DNA of 64,000 nucleotides from an uncultured delta proteobacterium. GTDB taxonomy: Bacteria; Desulfobacterota; Desulfomonilia; Desulfomonilales; Desulfomonilaceae. The notes below the pieces were generated by a model that saw nothing but the letters and a program-made list of their open reading frames with translations, had not been told where the DNA came from and searched no databases. Below, piece after piece: positions 53,188 through 63,105 of the stretch; positions within the stretch are counted from its first letter, which is position 1; every line of letters begins with the position of its first letter. The position numbers were made by a program, and so were the translations under genes. The DNA lies in assembly GCA_963789265.1 (NCBI GenBank), contig CAWBKB010000003.1, positions 128,001 through 192,000 of the forward strand, given 5' to 3'.

Positions 53188-54350
53188 ATGCCAGGCACTC
53201 TCATTAAGGGTATAGGGACACTCATAAGCGGTGACATCAATAACCCCATCCTGAATGCAGACTCGATATTTGTTTCGAAAGGCAAGATCAACAAGATCGG
53301 AAAAGCGGTGGATCTTGAAAAGCTTGAGCCGGAAACCGTCATTGATGCTTCCGGAAGCACCATAACCCCCGGCCTAATCGATTCCCATTGCCACGTCGTC
53401 TTTGGCGACTATACCCCGCGGCAGCACCAGGTTGGTTTCCTGGAGAGCGAGGTCCACGGCGGCGTCACAACGATAATATCAGCCGGTGAAGTTCACTTGC
53501 CCGGCAGGCCCAAAGACCCGGCTGGAACCAAGGCACTTGCAATCCTTGCCGCCAAGTCGTTTGCCAATTTCAGACCCGGTGGCGCAAAGATCCTCGGAGG
53601 TTCGGTGATCTTGGAAAAGGGGCTGACCGAAGAGGATTTTGCAGAGATGGCACGTGAGGGCGTGAAAGTGGTCGGCGAAATCGGCCTGGGCTCGGTCAAA
53701 TTCCCGGAAGATGCGGCTCCTATGGTTAAGTGGGCCAAGAAGCATGGGATGGTGGTGCTGATGCATACCGGAGGCACTTCCATCCCCGGCAGCGACACTG
53801 TCACAGCGGCTCACGTGATGGCAACGGACCCGCACGTCGCCTGCCACGTCAATGGAGGGCCGACAGCGGTTTCTCCCGAGGAAATCCGTAAGCTAATTCA
53901 GGAGACCTCGTACGTTTCTCGAGTTGGTGCATTGCGGCAATCCGAAAGCGATGCTTGAGGCCCTGAACCAGGGATTGAAGCACAACGCACTGCCCCGATT
54001 CATCATCGGAAACGACGCACCGTCGGGGACCGGGGTTGTGCCCCTTGGTATTTTGAGGGTGATCTGTATGGCCGCTTCTCTGACCGACGTCAGGGCCGAG
54101 CAGGCTCTCTGTATGGCCACAGGGAACACCGCCAGGGTGTTCGGCCTCAATACCGGCTTCGTGCGTGAAGGTTCTGGCCGCGGACCTGGTAGCAATGGAT
54201 GCTCCTATGGGCTCGATCGGCGCGGACGCGTTACAGGCCATCGAGGCCGGCGACGTGCCCGGAGTTTCCATGGTGATGATCGACGGCAAGATAGAAGTGA
54301 AAGTCAGCCGAAATACCCCACCGGCAGTGAGAAAAGCCAAGGTGGCTTGA
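53188..54350 (+). CDS. ena: Enamidase (amidohydrolase family; frameshifts near 53915 and 54170)
   Basis: PGLIDSHCHVVFGDYTPRQ, SAGEVHLPGRP, GEIGLG, MHTGGTSIPGS, HVNGGPTA, HCGN and GNDAPSGTGVVPLG. Confidence 0.88.
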
Positions 54351-54389
54351 TGAGAGCTTGTTTGTCAGCGAAGAGAATCGGGTATACAC

Positions 54390-55889
54390 ATGCAGGTAAT
54401 CATTGAAAAGTGCAAGGGGTGCGGGGCCTGCGTTCTGGATTGCCCGCAGCAAGCAATATCTTTAACCAAAAGAAAAGCTGTAATTGGGGATGCATGCTCT
54501 CAGTGCGGCGCATGCCTCAAAGTTTGTCCCGAAGAAGCAATATTCTCTGAGGACGCGCCCTCTCCGGGGGCCGTAACCTGTGAAGCCTGCCCCATTCGAT
54601 GCCGCATCAAAGAGGGGTACACCGGTGCCTGCCAGCGGTTCATGAATCGCGGCGGCACTCTTGAACGGACCATTTCTCTTCAGACTTACGAAGAGGTCAA
54701 GCATCTGGTAGGACCCGATTGGGAGCCCGCGATTCGGCGGCCGCTAATCACCGGTATCGGCGCGGGAACAACATACCCCGATTGCAAGCCGGCACCTCAC
54801 ATCGTTCAGTCAAAAGCTGATGGAGTGGACGTCGTCACTGTAGTCACCGAAGCCCCGCTGAGCTATTCCGGCATAAAGTTGAAGGTGGATACCGATTCGA
54901 CCATCGGGCAAGAAGGAGCGGGCATATTCTTTAGGAAGAAAAAGGTCGGACATCTCACCACCGAGGAATACGGATCGAAAATCCTCTCCATAGGTGGGGC
55001 TAATCTACTCACCAGCGCCGACGGTCTCACTGTGGCGAGGCTGATATCCGACCTCTCTAATCGCAAGATGGTCAAACTACGTATTGAAGAAGGTAGCCGA
55101 CTCGAACTTCAGGTGGGAAACCACCCGGTCATTGATGGAAAGGTGGACGAAGTGATGCGCGTCGGTTGCGGGAGTGCTACTCTGGGGCTGTTTGCTAACA
55201 TTTTCAAAGACGTAGCCGACGAAGTCATAGTGCTGGACTCCCACCTCACAGGTTTGATGAGCGAACACGCGGCCGGGCTGTATGTGGGTGCGCGACCCAG
55301 CGGCATAAAGCTGCGCTTCAAACAGAGCACGCCAGGCAGGTATTTCGGCGATCACGGCAAAGGCTGGGGCGGCACTTCGATAGTTGACCCCAGGGAGGTC
55401 ATAGAATCGATTGATATGAACCTGGCTAGATCGGGAATGAGAATTCTCATCACTGAAACTACCGGCCGCAAGGCGGCTTTCCTGGAGCTGAATGCGGACG
55501 GAAGTCTGAAAGAGATTGCCATTACTCCAGACGCTCAGAGGGCTGTGGGAGAACTGGCTGCCACGTGCCAGGAATCAAGAGTTTCCGGTATATATTGCGG
55601 CGGCTCGGGAGGAAGCGCTCGGGCAGGCGTAACGCGTTATCCCATAAAGCTTACACGTGCTGTGCATTCCATGAGGGCGCGCTTGACTGTTGGCGGAGCC
55701 CCTACATTCGTGCTTCCCGGAGGCGGCATAAATTTCATGGTAGATGTTGAAAAAGTCATGCGCGGAGCGTTCACCTGGGTTCCAACACCCGCTACAGTTT
55801 GCCCGATTGAGTACACCATGACTCTCGAGGACTTCCGCACCATCGGTGGCCATCTGGAAGCCATGAAGCCGTTTGTTCCAAAGGAATAG
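54390..55889 (+). CDS. hnr: 6-hydroxynicotinate reductase
   Basis: N-terminal 2x[4Fe-4S] motifs, CEACPIRCRI...GACQRF, GIGAGTTYPDCKPAP, VTVVTEAPLSYSG, MRVGCGSAT and GGSARAGV. Confidence 0.88.
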   Translation: MQVIIEKCKGCGACVLDCPQQAISLTKRKAVIGDACSQCGACLKVCPEEAIFSEDAPSPGAVTCEACPIRCRIKEGYTGACQRFMNRGGTLERTISLQTYEEVKHLVGPDWEPAIRRPLITGIGAGTTYPDCKPAPHIVQSKADGVDVVTVVTEAPLSYSGIKLKVDTDSTIGQEGAGIFFRKKKVGHLTTEEYGSKILSIGGANLLTSADGLTVARLISDLSNRKMVKLRIEEGSRLELQVGNHPVIDGKVDEVMRVGCGSATLGLFANIFKDVADEVIVLDSHLTGLMSEHAAGLYVGARPSGIKLRFKQSTPGRYFGDHGKGWGGTSIVDPREVIESIDMNLARSGMRILITETTGRKAAFLELNADGSLKEIAITPDAQRAVGELAATCQESRVSGIYCGGSGGSARAGVTRYPIKLTRAVHSMRARLTVGGAPTFVLPGGGINFMVDVEKVMRGAFTWVPTPATVCPIEYTMTLEDFRTIGGHLEAMKPFVPKE

Positions 55890-55890
55890 A

Positions 55891-56736
55891 GTGCCGAACC
55901 ATTGGGAAAGCCGGATTTTTACGCTGGGGGATGGCACGGTTCTCGTCGAATGCGGACCCATGCGCATGTTTATTGAAGGATATTCGCAGGGGGCCAGTCA
56001 ACCACAAATTTGTCTCAGAGGTGCGCAGGAAGCAATCAAGTTCCTGGAACAAGTGGCAGAGCATAGGGCGGAGATTCTGACTCCTGCCCTATGGCTGCCT
56101 CCACCGCCGACAGATCTTTTGATTCATGAAATGTGGAAAGCCGCGCGTGAGATAGGGGACGAGGATCTCACTCCTATGGCAGCGGTGGCGGGCACTATTG
56201 CGGATGCAACCGCGGATTTCCTTGCAATTCACCATCTGACCAAAATCGTGGTAAACAATGGTGGGGATGTGGCGGTGCGCTTGGCGCCCGGAGAAGAGGT
56301 GGTGGTGGGAATCCGGCCTGATGTGAACGGCACGCAGGTTACGCGCAGGGTTCTAATTACCGCTGAAATGAATATTGGCGGAATATGCACGAGCGGGCTC
56401 GGGGGTCGAAGTTTTACTCGCGGAGTGGCTTCCGCGGCTACCGTCTTCGCCCCTCGAGCTTCAGTGGCTGACGCGGCTGCAACGGCGGTGGCCAACGCCA
56501 CATACTTTCATGGCCCTGCAGTTCATAGGTGCAGAGCCGACTTGATCGATCCCAACACTGATCTGCTAGGAATACAGATCACCACTTCGGTGGGAGAACT
56601 GACAGGCAACGAGATCCACAGGGCTCTGAAGCAGGGTGTCAAACGCGCCGAACAACTGGTACAACGCGATATTATCGTGGGAGCTTGTGTGGCAGTTAAG
56701 GGCCGAATGGAGTGCACCGCGAGTTTCGACCGATAA
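55891..56736 (+). CDS. UPF0280/ApbE-like protein (possible flavin transferase)
   Basis: TPMAAVAGTIAD, VNNGGDVA, GICTSGLGGRSFTRGVA and ADAAATAVAN. Confidence 0.85.
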   Translation: MPNHWESRIFTLGDGTVLVECGPMRMFIEGYSQGASQPQICLRGAQEAIKFLEQVAEHRAEILTPALWLPPPPTDLLIHEMWKAAREIGDEDLTPMAAVAGTIADATADFLAIHHLTKIVVNNGGDVAVRLAPGEEVVVGIRPDVNGTQVTRRVLITAEMNIGGICTSGLGGRSFTRGVASAATVFAPRASVADAAATAVANATYFHGPAVHRCRADLIDPNTDLLGIQITTSVGELTGNEIHRALKQGVKRAEQLVQRDIIVGACVAVKGRMECTASFDR

Positions 56737-56791
56737 AGTCTTCTCAATTCTTCGTCTGTTGGACCTGCCAATATGAATAGGAGTAAAGAAT

Positions 56792-57188
56792 ATGGAAACA
56801 ATGCAGGTGAAAACAAAATCGCGAATTGAGTTCGTAGACATCACATCTCGTGTTAAGGAAGCAATCTCGAAGAGCGGAGTCAAAGAAGGCGTCGCTGTAG
56901 TATATGTTCCCCACACTACGGCGGCGGTCACTATCAACGAGGCCGCGGATCCTGCTGTCGTTCAGGACATAGGGGAAAAACTCTCCCAATTGGTTCCCCA
57001 TGACAAGTCCTATCGGCACACGGAAGGGAATGCCGACGCGCATATAAAGACCACTCTCGTGGGGAGTTCGGTGCATTTGATCATTTCCGACGGGTCCACG
57101 GTTCTCGGAACATGGCAGGGTGTATTCTTTTGCGAGTTCGACGGTCCCAGAAACACGAAGGGTTTTGGTCAAGATTCAAGCTGATTAG
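56792..57188 (+). CDS. yjbQ: YjbQ/UPF0047-family protein (frameshift in the last codons)
   Basis: PHTTAAVTINE, HTEGNADAHIK and LGTWQGVFFCEFDGPR. Confidence 0.9.
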
Positions 57189-57221
57189 AAACGATCATCG
57201 GATGCTATGGATCGCCGCAAA

Positions 57222-57514
57222 TGACACCGTGTTTCCGGTGGGACAGTCCCGCCTGGGGCGGGATTGCCTGTTGTCATGCCCGCGTACGCGGGCATCAATT
57301 GTAGGGGCAGACCTATGTGTCTGCCCCGGGCGGACACGCAGGTCCGCCCCTACATGACCCGGATCGGAGTCTGGGGCGATCCCGCGGAACGCGGGATAAG
57401 CAGTCCCGCGTTCCGCGCGGGCCCGGGTACGCGGGCATGACGGGATGTAGGGGCGGGTTTGAAACCCGCCCCTACCAGAAACACGGTATCACTTGCTTGA
57501 AAGCGAATTGGTAT
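57222..57514. mobile_element. Composite MITE with nested REP-like hairpins
   Basis: Right end TTGAAAGCGAATTGGTAT; REP units at 57300-57354 and 57447-57475; inverted near-copy of 41390-41573. Confidence 0.75.
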
Positions 57515-57527
57515 CTGAGGATGAAGT

Positions 57528-57971
57528 GTGACTGAAACGGTGGAAATCTTCACTGATGGAGCGTGCAAGGGCAATCCAGGCCCCGGTGGCTGGGCCGCGC
57601 TTCTGCGATATAAAGGGGTCGAAAAGGCGATGAGCGGCGGCCAGCGCAATACGACGAACAACCGGATGGAAATAATGGCAGCCCTCATGGCCCTCGAGAC
57701 GCTCAAACGTCCGTGCAAGGTTACAATCACGACTGATTCCCAATACCTGATGAAGGGGATCACTGAATGGCTCAAGAACTGGAAGAAGCAGGATTGGATG
57801 ACGTCACAGAAAACTCCGGTCAAGAACGCAGACCTATGGAAGCGCTTGGACGAGGTTGCATCTCGCCACGAAGTCCAGTGGAGGTGGGTGAAGGGGCACA
57901 ACAACCATAACGAGAACGAGAGGGCCGACGCTCTCGCTCGAAACGAAATAAAGAAGTTTCTTAGAAGTTGA
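57528..57971 (+). CDS. rnhA: Ribonuclease HI
   Basis: [33 protein letters not shown] and WVKGH...NERAD. Confidence 0.96.
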   Translation: MTETVEIFTDGACKGNPGPGGWAALLRYKGVEKAMSGGQRNTTNNRMEIMAALMALETLKRPCKVTITTDSQYLMKGITEWLKNWKKQDWMTSQKTPVKNADLWKRLDEVASRHEVQWRWVKGHNNHNENERADALARNEIKKFLRS

Positions 57972-58063
57972 CCGCGAGAAACCGGTTGAGTGTGCCGGCA
58001 GGCGACTCAACTCCAGCCAGCAGCCGCGGCAGGCAATACCCGCTATTTCACGTTTCAACTCTG

Positions 58064-58247
58064 ATTCTGGTTCGCTCTCAAATAAGTGAGAATCGCCAAG
58101 TAGCGAACGGCACCGACCTGGCACCATAACGGTGCTCAGGTCAGTGGCACCCAACGTCCATTCATGAGGTACTGGGTGCCATCCCGCGTCCCGCGGGAGG
58201 CTTTGTCAGATCCGTGCCGTATTTGTCGTTTGATCGCGAATTGGCAT
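58064..58247. mobile_element. MITE-like element, inverted copy of 37031-37220
   Basis: Shared GCACGGATCTGACAAAGCC and GGGTGCCACTGACCTGAGCACC cores; end GCGAATTGGCAT. Confidence 0.65.
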
Positions 58248-58405
58248 GAGCTCTTGGCTAGGACCGGCACAATTGGCAGAAATCCTGGTCTGGTGGGTTA
58301 TGGGACAGTTTGTTGACAGAGAAAATGGTGAGGGGTAATTTCAAGGGTTGTGAAAATCCGATCTTGATAGAGGTGTACATTGTCTGTAGGCTCGGGTAAA
58401 ATAAA

Positions 58406-60083
58406 GTGATATCGCGCAGTCATCGTCTGCTTATTGATTCGATTCTGCTGGGCGTGGTGGGAGCGCTAAGCGCCCAGGTCTTCATGTTTCTCTTGCACGC
58501 TAGCACTCATTTGTTCAGCGTCTGGATCGCAGGATATGTTCCCCCTGGATTGCCTGAAGAGGGCGGCGTGCTCATCGAAAAGATCGGTGCCCATTGGCTT
58601 TGGTATATCCCAATCATAACAACGTTGGGTGGCTTAATCTCCGGAATTTTGGTGTTCAGCCTGGCTCCTGAGGCTGAGGGTCACGGCACGGACGCCGCTG
58701 TCAAAGCGTATCATCAACGGGGAGGGTTCATCCGGGCTCGGGTCCCGTTCTTGAAGATGCTGGCTTCCGCAATCACCATTGGTTCAGGGGGCTCTGCTGG
58801 ACGAGAAGGGCCGACGGCATTGACGAGCGCCGGGATTGGAGCTATCTACGCCGGTCTTTTCAAGCGTTCCGATGAGGACAGGCGTCTGCTGGTTCTGATA
58901 GGCATGGCCGCAGGACTCTCCGCGATCTTCCGTTCGCCGATAGGGTGCGCTGTCTTGGCCGTCGAGGTGCTCTACAGTGAGATGGATTACGAGTCTTCCG
59001 CCTTATTCTACGCCATGTTCGCGTCAGTGGTGGCCTATGTTCTCAATGGAGTTTTCGTAGGCTGGCACCCGTTGTTCAAGGTACCTCCGCATCTGGGCAT
59101 CAACAGCGCTGAAGACTTTCTTTATTATCTGGCACTCGGACTCGCCAGCGGACTCATTGCAACCCTATTGCCGATGATGTTCTACGGCATTCGGGATTTA
59201 TTCAAGCTGATCCCGTTGCCTCCCCATGTCAAGCCCGCCATCGGCGGGCTCGGAGTTGGATTGATGGCGCTGGTGGTACCCCAGGTGCTTGGAGGAGGCT
59301 ACGGTTGGATTCAAGAGGCCATTAACGGACGTCTAACAGGAGAACTGCTGCTCACGTTGGTATTCGCCAAGGCCCTGGCTTTTTGCTTCACCGTTTCCTC
59401 TGGGGGATCCGGGGGAATCTTCGCGCCATGCCTTTTCGTCGGAGCAATGCTCGGAGGATTCCTGGCCCAAGTCTTCGGTCAGCCCCCCGCAGGATTCGTT
59501 GTCGTGGGAATTGTGGCGGTCTTCGGAGCTGCAGCGAGAGTTCCGTTCGCAACCCTGCTGATGGTTGTAGAAATGACAGGCGGCTATGAGATGCTGGTAC
59601 CTGCGGCGGCAGCCGTTGCCGTAAGCTACTTTGTGCAGTACCAGCTATCCTCGCCATTGAAGTACCGGAAGCATGTACGAGGCCCAGGTACCGACGAGGG
59701 CTGACTCGCCAAGTCATCATGCGGAAACGTTGGAAGTGGCTTGCAGGCTGCTGCGAGATAGACAGGTCCCTCCCGATACAATGGTGGATCGTATGAATCT
59801 CCTCGATCTCCTGGAGTCGGGTATCCCTGTGGATCTCTCTTACGGCAGGAACCTGGACATCGTGAAAGTTACAATGGACAGCTCTTGCGTCGGCATGCCT
59901 CCTCAATCGGTTATGCTCGTAGACCCGGGCAAAGATGCTGAGGTGGCTGCCATAGTCCGCGCGGGAGCGGTGCTGATACCCCAGCCCGACACGGTATTAC
60001 AGGCTGGAGATCGGTTGCTGGTCGTGGAGCACCCTGGTATTCAGTGCGAAGTTCCGGGTCTCACAAGCAGGCAGGCTAAATAG
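58406..60083 (+). CDS. ClC-family chloride channel/antiporter with a C-terminal TrkA-C domain (frameshift near 59672)
   Basis: GHGT, GGSAGREGP, GGSGGIFAP and EMTGGY; second frame YEAQV...AIVRAGAVLIPQPDTVLQAGDRLLVV. Confidence 0.88.
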
Positions 60084-60166
60084 GCCAATTCACAACGAAG
60101 TAGCCAAGTGGAATGGGAATCGCGCCGGCGCCTGCGGCCAAGGTCTCGTTTCCAAAGGGCAACAAA

Positions 60167-62059
60167 TCAGAGGTGGGGTCCGAATAGGTGCGGGCTCACG
60201 TTGAAGAGCCTACGCCGGAGTTCGTTACGCAAAACGTATTTGCGGCCTCGCACTGATGCCGGAGTCGATTTGATCCCTTTGTGTCCGAGCGAAGTAATCA
60301 GATCGGGCACGTTGCCGGCAATTCTTGTCTCAGAGGAAACCGGGAGTGACCACGGCTCGATCCTCTCGAAGTTGGTTGCGAGTTGCTGAACCCCTCTCCA
60401 TTCGATCCCTGTTGGAACTAAGCCGTCTTGGGCTGTAATCTTGTCCAGCAAAACCAGTTCACGCCCCGACCTCTTGAACAACAACAGACTGTTGTGCGGG
60501 GATGGTTCACGCTGCCTCTGGCTGTCGCCGCAGAGAAATCCCTCGGGCGTGGCGACCGATTGTTGATTCACATGAGAGAGACGATCATAGGCATAAGGAT
60601 AGAGTCGCCAAGCACCTAGAGTGCGATCTCCATAGAGCATTTGGATCAGTTCGGCCAAGCCGTTCTCTCTGCGAATGACCTCCGCACGCTTGTGGGTGCA
60701 GGCGAGGTCGAGAAATACGAAATTGGTGCCGGATTTCACGGCAGGAACTCGGCTTATCAAGCTTCGCAAGAGATCGTTGCGGATTGCCGCTGCCTCTCTC
60801 CAATCCTGGCTCAATCCGGCGTGAAAAACCGCCATGAAACCGATGAGAACCAGGGCCACTATCTTTCCGATCGATTTGGCCACCGCCTGCCGCCACCCAC
60901 TGAGCAGGCAGGCTAGTAAAATGGCCACTCCAAAAGAAGCTGAAGAATAGATCCTGCTCGCCCAAGTGAAATTATACCATGAGAGATCGCCCTCGGGCAG
61001 CAGCCGACACTTCACCATCACAGTCTCGAACATATTAGGGGTGGAACTTCCGTATCCTGCGAGCTGGTATGGCAGCATTCCCAGCATCAGAATGCCTACG
61101 CCGAGAGCTACCGGATACCATTGCGATCCTGGCCCGAATCGACCCTCCGCCGCAACCTTTTCCACATGGCTTCGACTCGAAAAGAGGAACAGCCCCGCCG
61201 TCCACAGCACTATTAGCGCACCTGCCAGAAGCGCCCACCGATCGGCAGACATTGAGGTAAACGGCGCCATCAGATAGAACGGAAGCAAAGCGAGATATGA
61301 CCACACAAGTTCGAGGGACGACAGAAGATCGGTTCGCGCTACTGCTCCTCCGCTGAGGACTACTAATCTGATCGCCACTGCAAGGGTAAACGCAGACAAA
61401 ATCCCTACGCAGAGTTTTACCAAGAAGGCCCGATCGGAACTCTGGTCGGAATAGCGCCGGTAAACGGGCAACACCAGCAATGGCGTCAAGAAAATCAAGA
61501 AGCTGGGCCCCTCATACGTGAGGAATGAAACCACGTACAGAGCAATAGGCAGGGCCAGCCCGCGCCACGATGACGACTTTTGGGCCCACCGTTGGAACGC
61601 AATCACCGAAGTCCAAAACAACAACGTGGTAAGACGGGAATTATCGGTGAACACTACATACGTTAAGCAGGAAACGGGCGGCAAGAAAAAAGCCAGCAAT
61701 ACGGCTATGGAAACGAAGGTCTGCCGACGCGGAAAAGCCTTATCCAGGGCCACTCCCATGAGAACCGCGGATCCTGCCAGCAACAACAATGAACAGAGGT
61801 GAAACGCCGCCCTCTCGAAGCCGAAGAGCTTGAACAGAGTGATCCAATAAAGTCCTTCCACCGGTCTCGAGAACTGGCGCGCGTAGCGAGCTATTGCATG
61901 GGGAAAGCTATTCCAGTACGGGACCGCCAGCACCCACCAGTCGTCACCGGTGAAGCCGATGTCCCCCGTAAACGCCGTGAGCACAATACAATATAGGCCC
62001 AGTCCCACTGCTAAAAGCCATAGGTATGATCTGCTGCTCTCAGATTGTTCCATGGACAT
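60167..62059 (-). CDS. Polytopic membrane protein, possibly a GT-C-type glycosyltransferase
   Basis: 630 aa with more than 10 TM segments, an early GDDWW acidic loop motif and a soluble C-terminal domain. Confidence 0.55.
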   Translation of the reverse strand: MSMEQSESSRSYLWLLAVGLGLYCIVLTAFTGDIGFTGDDWWVLAVPYWNSFPHAIARYARQFSRPVEGLYWITLFKLFGFERAAFHLCSLLLLAGSAVLMGVALDKAFPRRQTFVSIAVLLAFFLPPVSCLTYVVFTDNSRLTTLLFWTSVIAFQRWAQKSSSWRGLALPIALYVVSFLTYEGPSFLIFLTPLLVLPVYRRYSDQSSDRAFLVKLCVGILSAFTLAVAIRLVVLSGGAVARTDLLSSLELVWSYLALLPFYLMAPFTSMSADRWALLAGALIVLWTAGLFLFSSRSHVEKVAAEGRFGPGSQWYPVALGVGILMLGMLPYQLAGYGSSTPNMFETVMVKCRLLPEGDLSWYNFTWASRIYSSASFGVAILLACLLSGWRQAVAKSIGKIVALVLIGFMAVFHAGLSQDWREAAAIRNDLLRSLISRVPAVKSGTNFVFLDLACTHKRAEVIRRENGLAELIQMLYGDRTLGAWRLYPYAYDRLSHVNQQSVATPEGFLCGDSQRQREPSPHNSLLLFKRSGRELVLLDKITAQDGLVPTGIEWRGVQQLATNFERIEPWSLPVSSETRIAGNVPDLITSLGHKGIKSTPASVRGRKYVLRNELRRRLFNVSPHLFGPHL

Positions 62060-62170
62060 AGGCCAAGGATCTCCGATATCGTTAAGATATGATCAATGCG
62101 GCACTGGCCCGTGAGAAACACACTTTGGGTATAACAAAGCTGTCACAGCTTGAAAAGGCAAAATTTTCCG

Positions 62171-62199
62171 TTGACCCGGGTGGGGCCGTGATGTACTGT
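62171..62199 (+). promoter_or_regulatory. Sigma70-type promoter for the MerR gene, with upstream palindrome AAGCTGT-C-ACAGCTT (62137-62151)
   Basis: TTGACC-N17-TACTGT. Confidence 0.4.
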
Positions 62200-62306
62200 T
62201 ACGTAGCTGTATTGTAGTCGCGTTTTCGACTCGAGCTATTCGGAGTCCTCAACCGCGTTACAATTTTTCGACAGCCAAGTTTAGCCCGGCCTGCAGGAGA
62301 CCTGTC

Positions 62307-62780
62307 ATGGGCGCTTCGCGACAACTATTGCAAATTGGAAAAATCGCTGTCGAAGCAAAAACTACTGTCCGAACTGTACGCTATTATTTGGAAGAGGGCT
62401 TAATAGAATCGGCAGGGAGAAGCCCTGGTGGGTTCTACCTCTTTGAAACATACACCGTGGATACAGTCCGTTTTATCCAGAAGCTTAAAAGCCTGGGTAT
62501 GTCACTTAAGGAAATCAAGGCCCTATATCGGATCAGGCGAGAAAAGCAGACGGGCAATGAAGCGTATCCGGTAGTTCTTAAGCGACTTCAAAAAAGCCTA
62601 AAGGATGTCAAGAAAAAGATCGAAGAATACGAGGCGCTCAGAGACGAGTTGGCGAAAGCTATAGTCCTGGTTCAAGAATGCCACGGCTGTAAGATGAAGC
62701 CGAACCGAAAGAACTGTTTAGCCTGCAAAATTGTCAAGCAGCGGGATCGAATTCCTTCTCCGTTTGCGGCCATCCTCTAG
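62307..62780 (+). CDS. MerR-family transcriptional regulator with a C-terminal CxxC-x8-CxxC motif
   Basis: IGKIA...VRTVRYYLEEGLI...GMSLKEIK, coiled coil and CHGC...CLAC. Confidence 0.9.
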   Translation: MGASRQLLQIGKIAVEAKTTVRTVRYYLEEGLIESAGRSPGGFYLFETYTVDTVRFIQKLKSLGMSLKEIKALYRIRREKQTGNEAYPVVLKRLQKSLKDVKKKIEEYEALRDELAKAIVLVQECHGCKMKPNRKNCLACKIVKQRDRIPSPFAAIL

Positions 62781-62858
62781 GGTATTCAGTGCTGATGAAC
62801 TGTAAAAAAACCGGCGTTTGCCTTGTGATGCCGGCCGGATGAAGATTTGCCCGGGAAG

Positions 62859-63028
62859 CTGGGTACAGTTTTTCGTAAGTACGGTGAAGTTAAGAACCGG
62901 GTCCAGAAGAAGATTGCTTCGCTGCGCTCGCAATGACAGGTAGTGGGAATGTCATTGCGAGGAGTGAAACGACGAAGCAATCTCTGCCGTGAAAATCCGC
63001 GACCTTACTTACGAAAACCAGTACTTAG
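62859..63028. mobile_element. MITE-like element enclosing a palindromic repeat (62911-62983)
   Basis: Arms CTGGGTACAGTTTTTCGTAAGTA / TACTTACGAAAACCAGTACTTAG; inner AGATTGCTTCG...CAATGACA / TGTCATTGCGAG...GAAGCAATCT. Confidence 0.7.
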
Positions 63029-63105
63029 CAGACATGCCGCATTTTTTGCCGGAACTTGCTACCTGCAGAACATTAAATAGCCCCGTCCATGTGAGGAGAT
63101 TTTTT

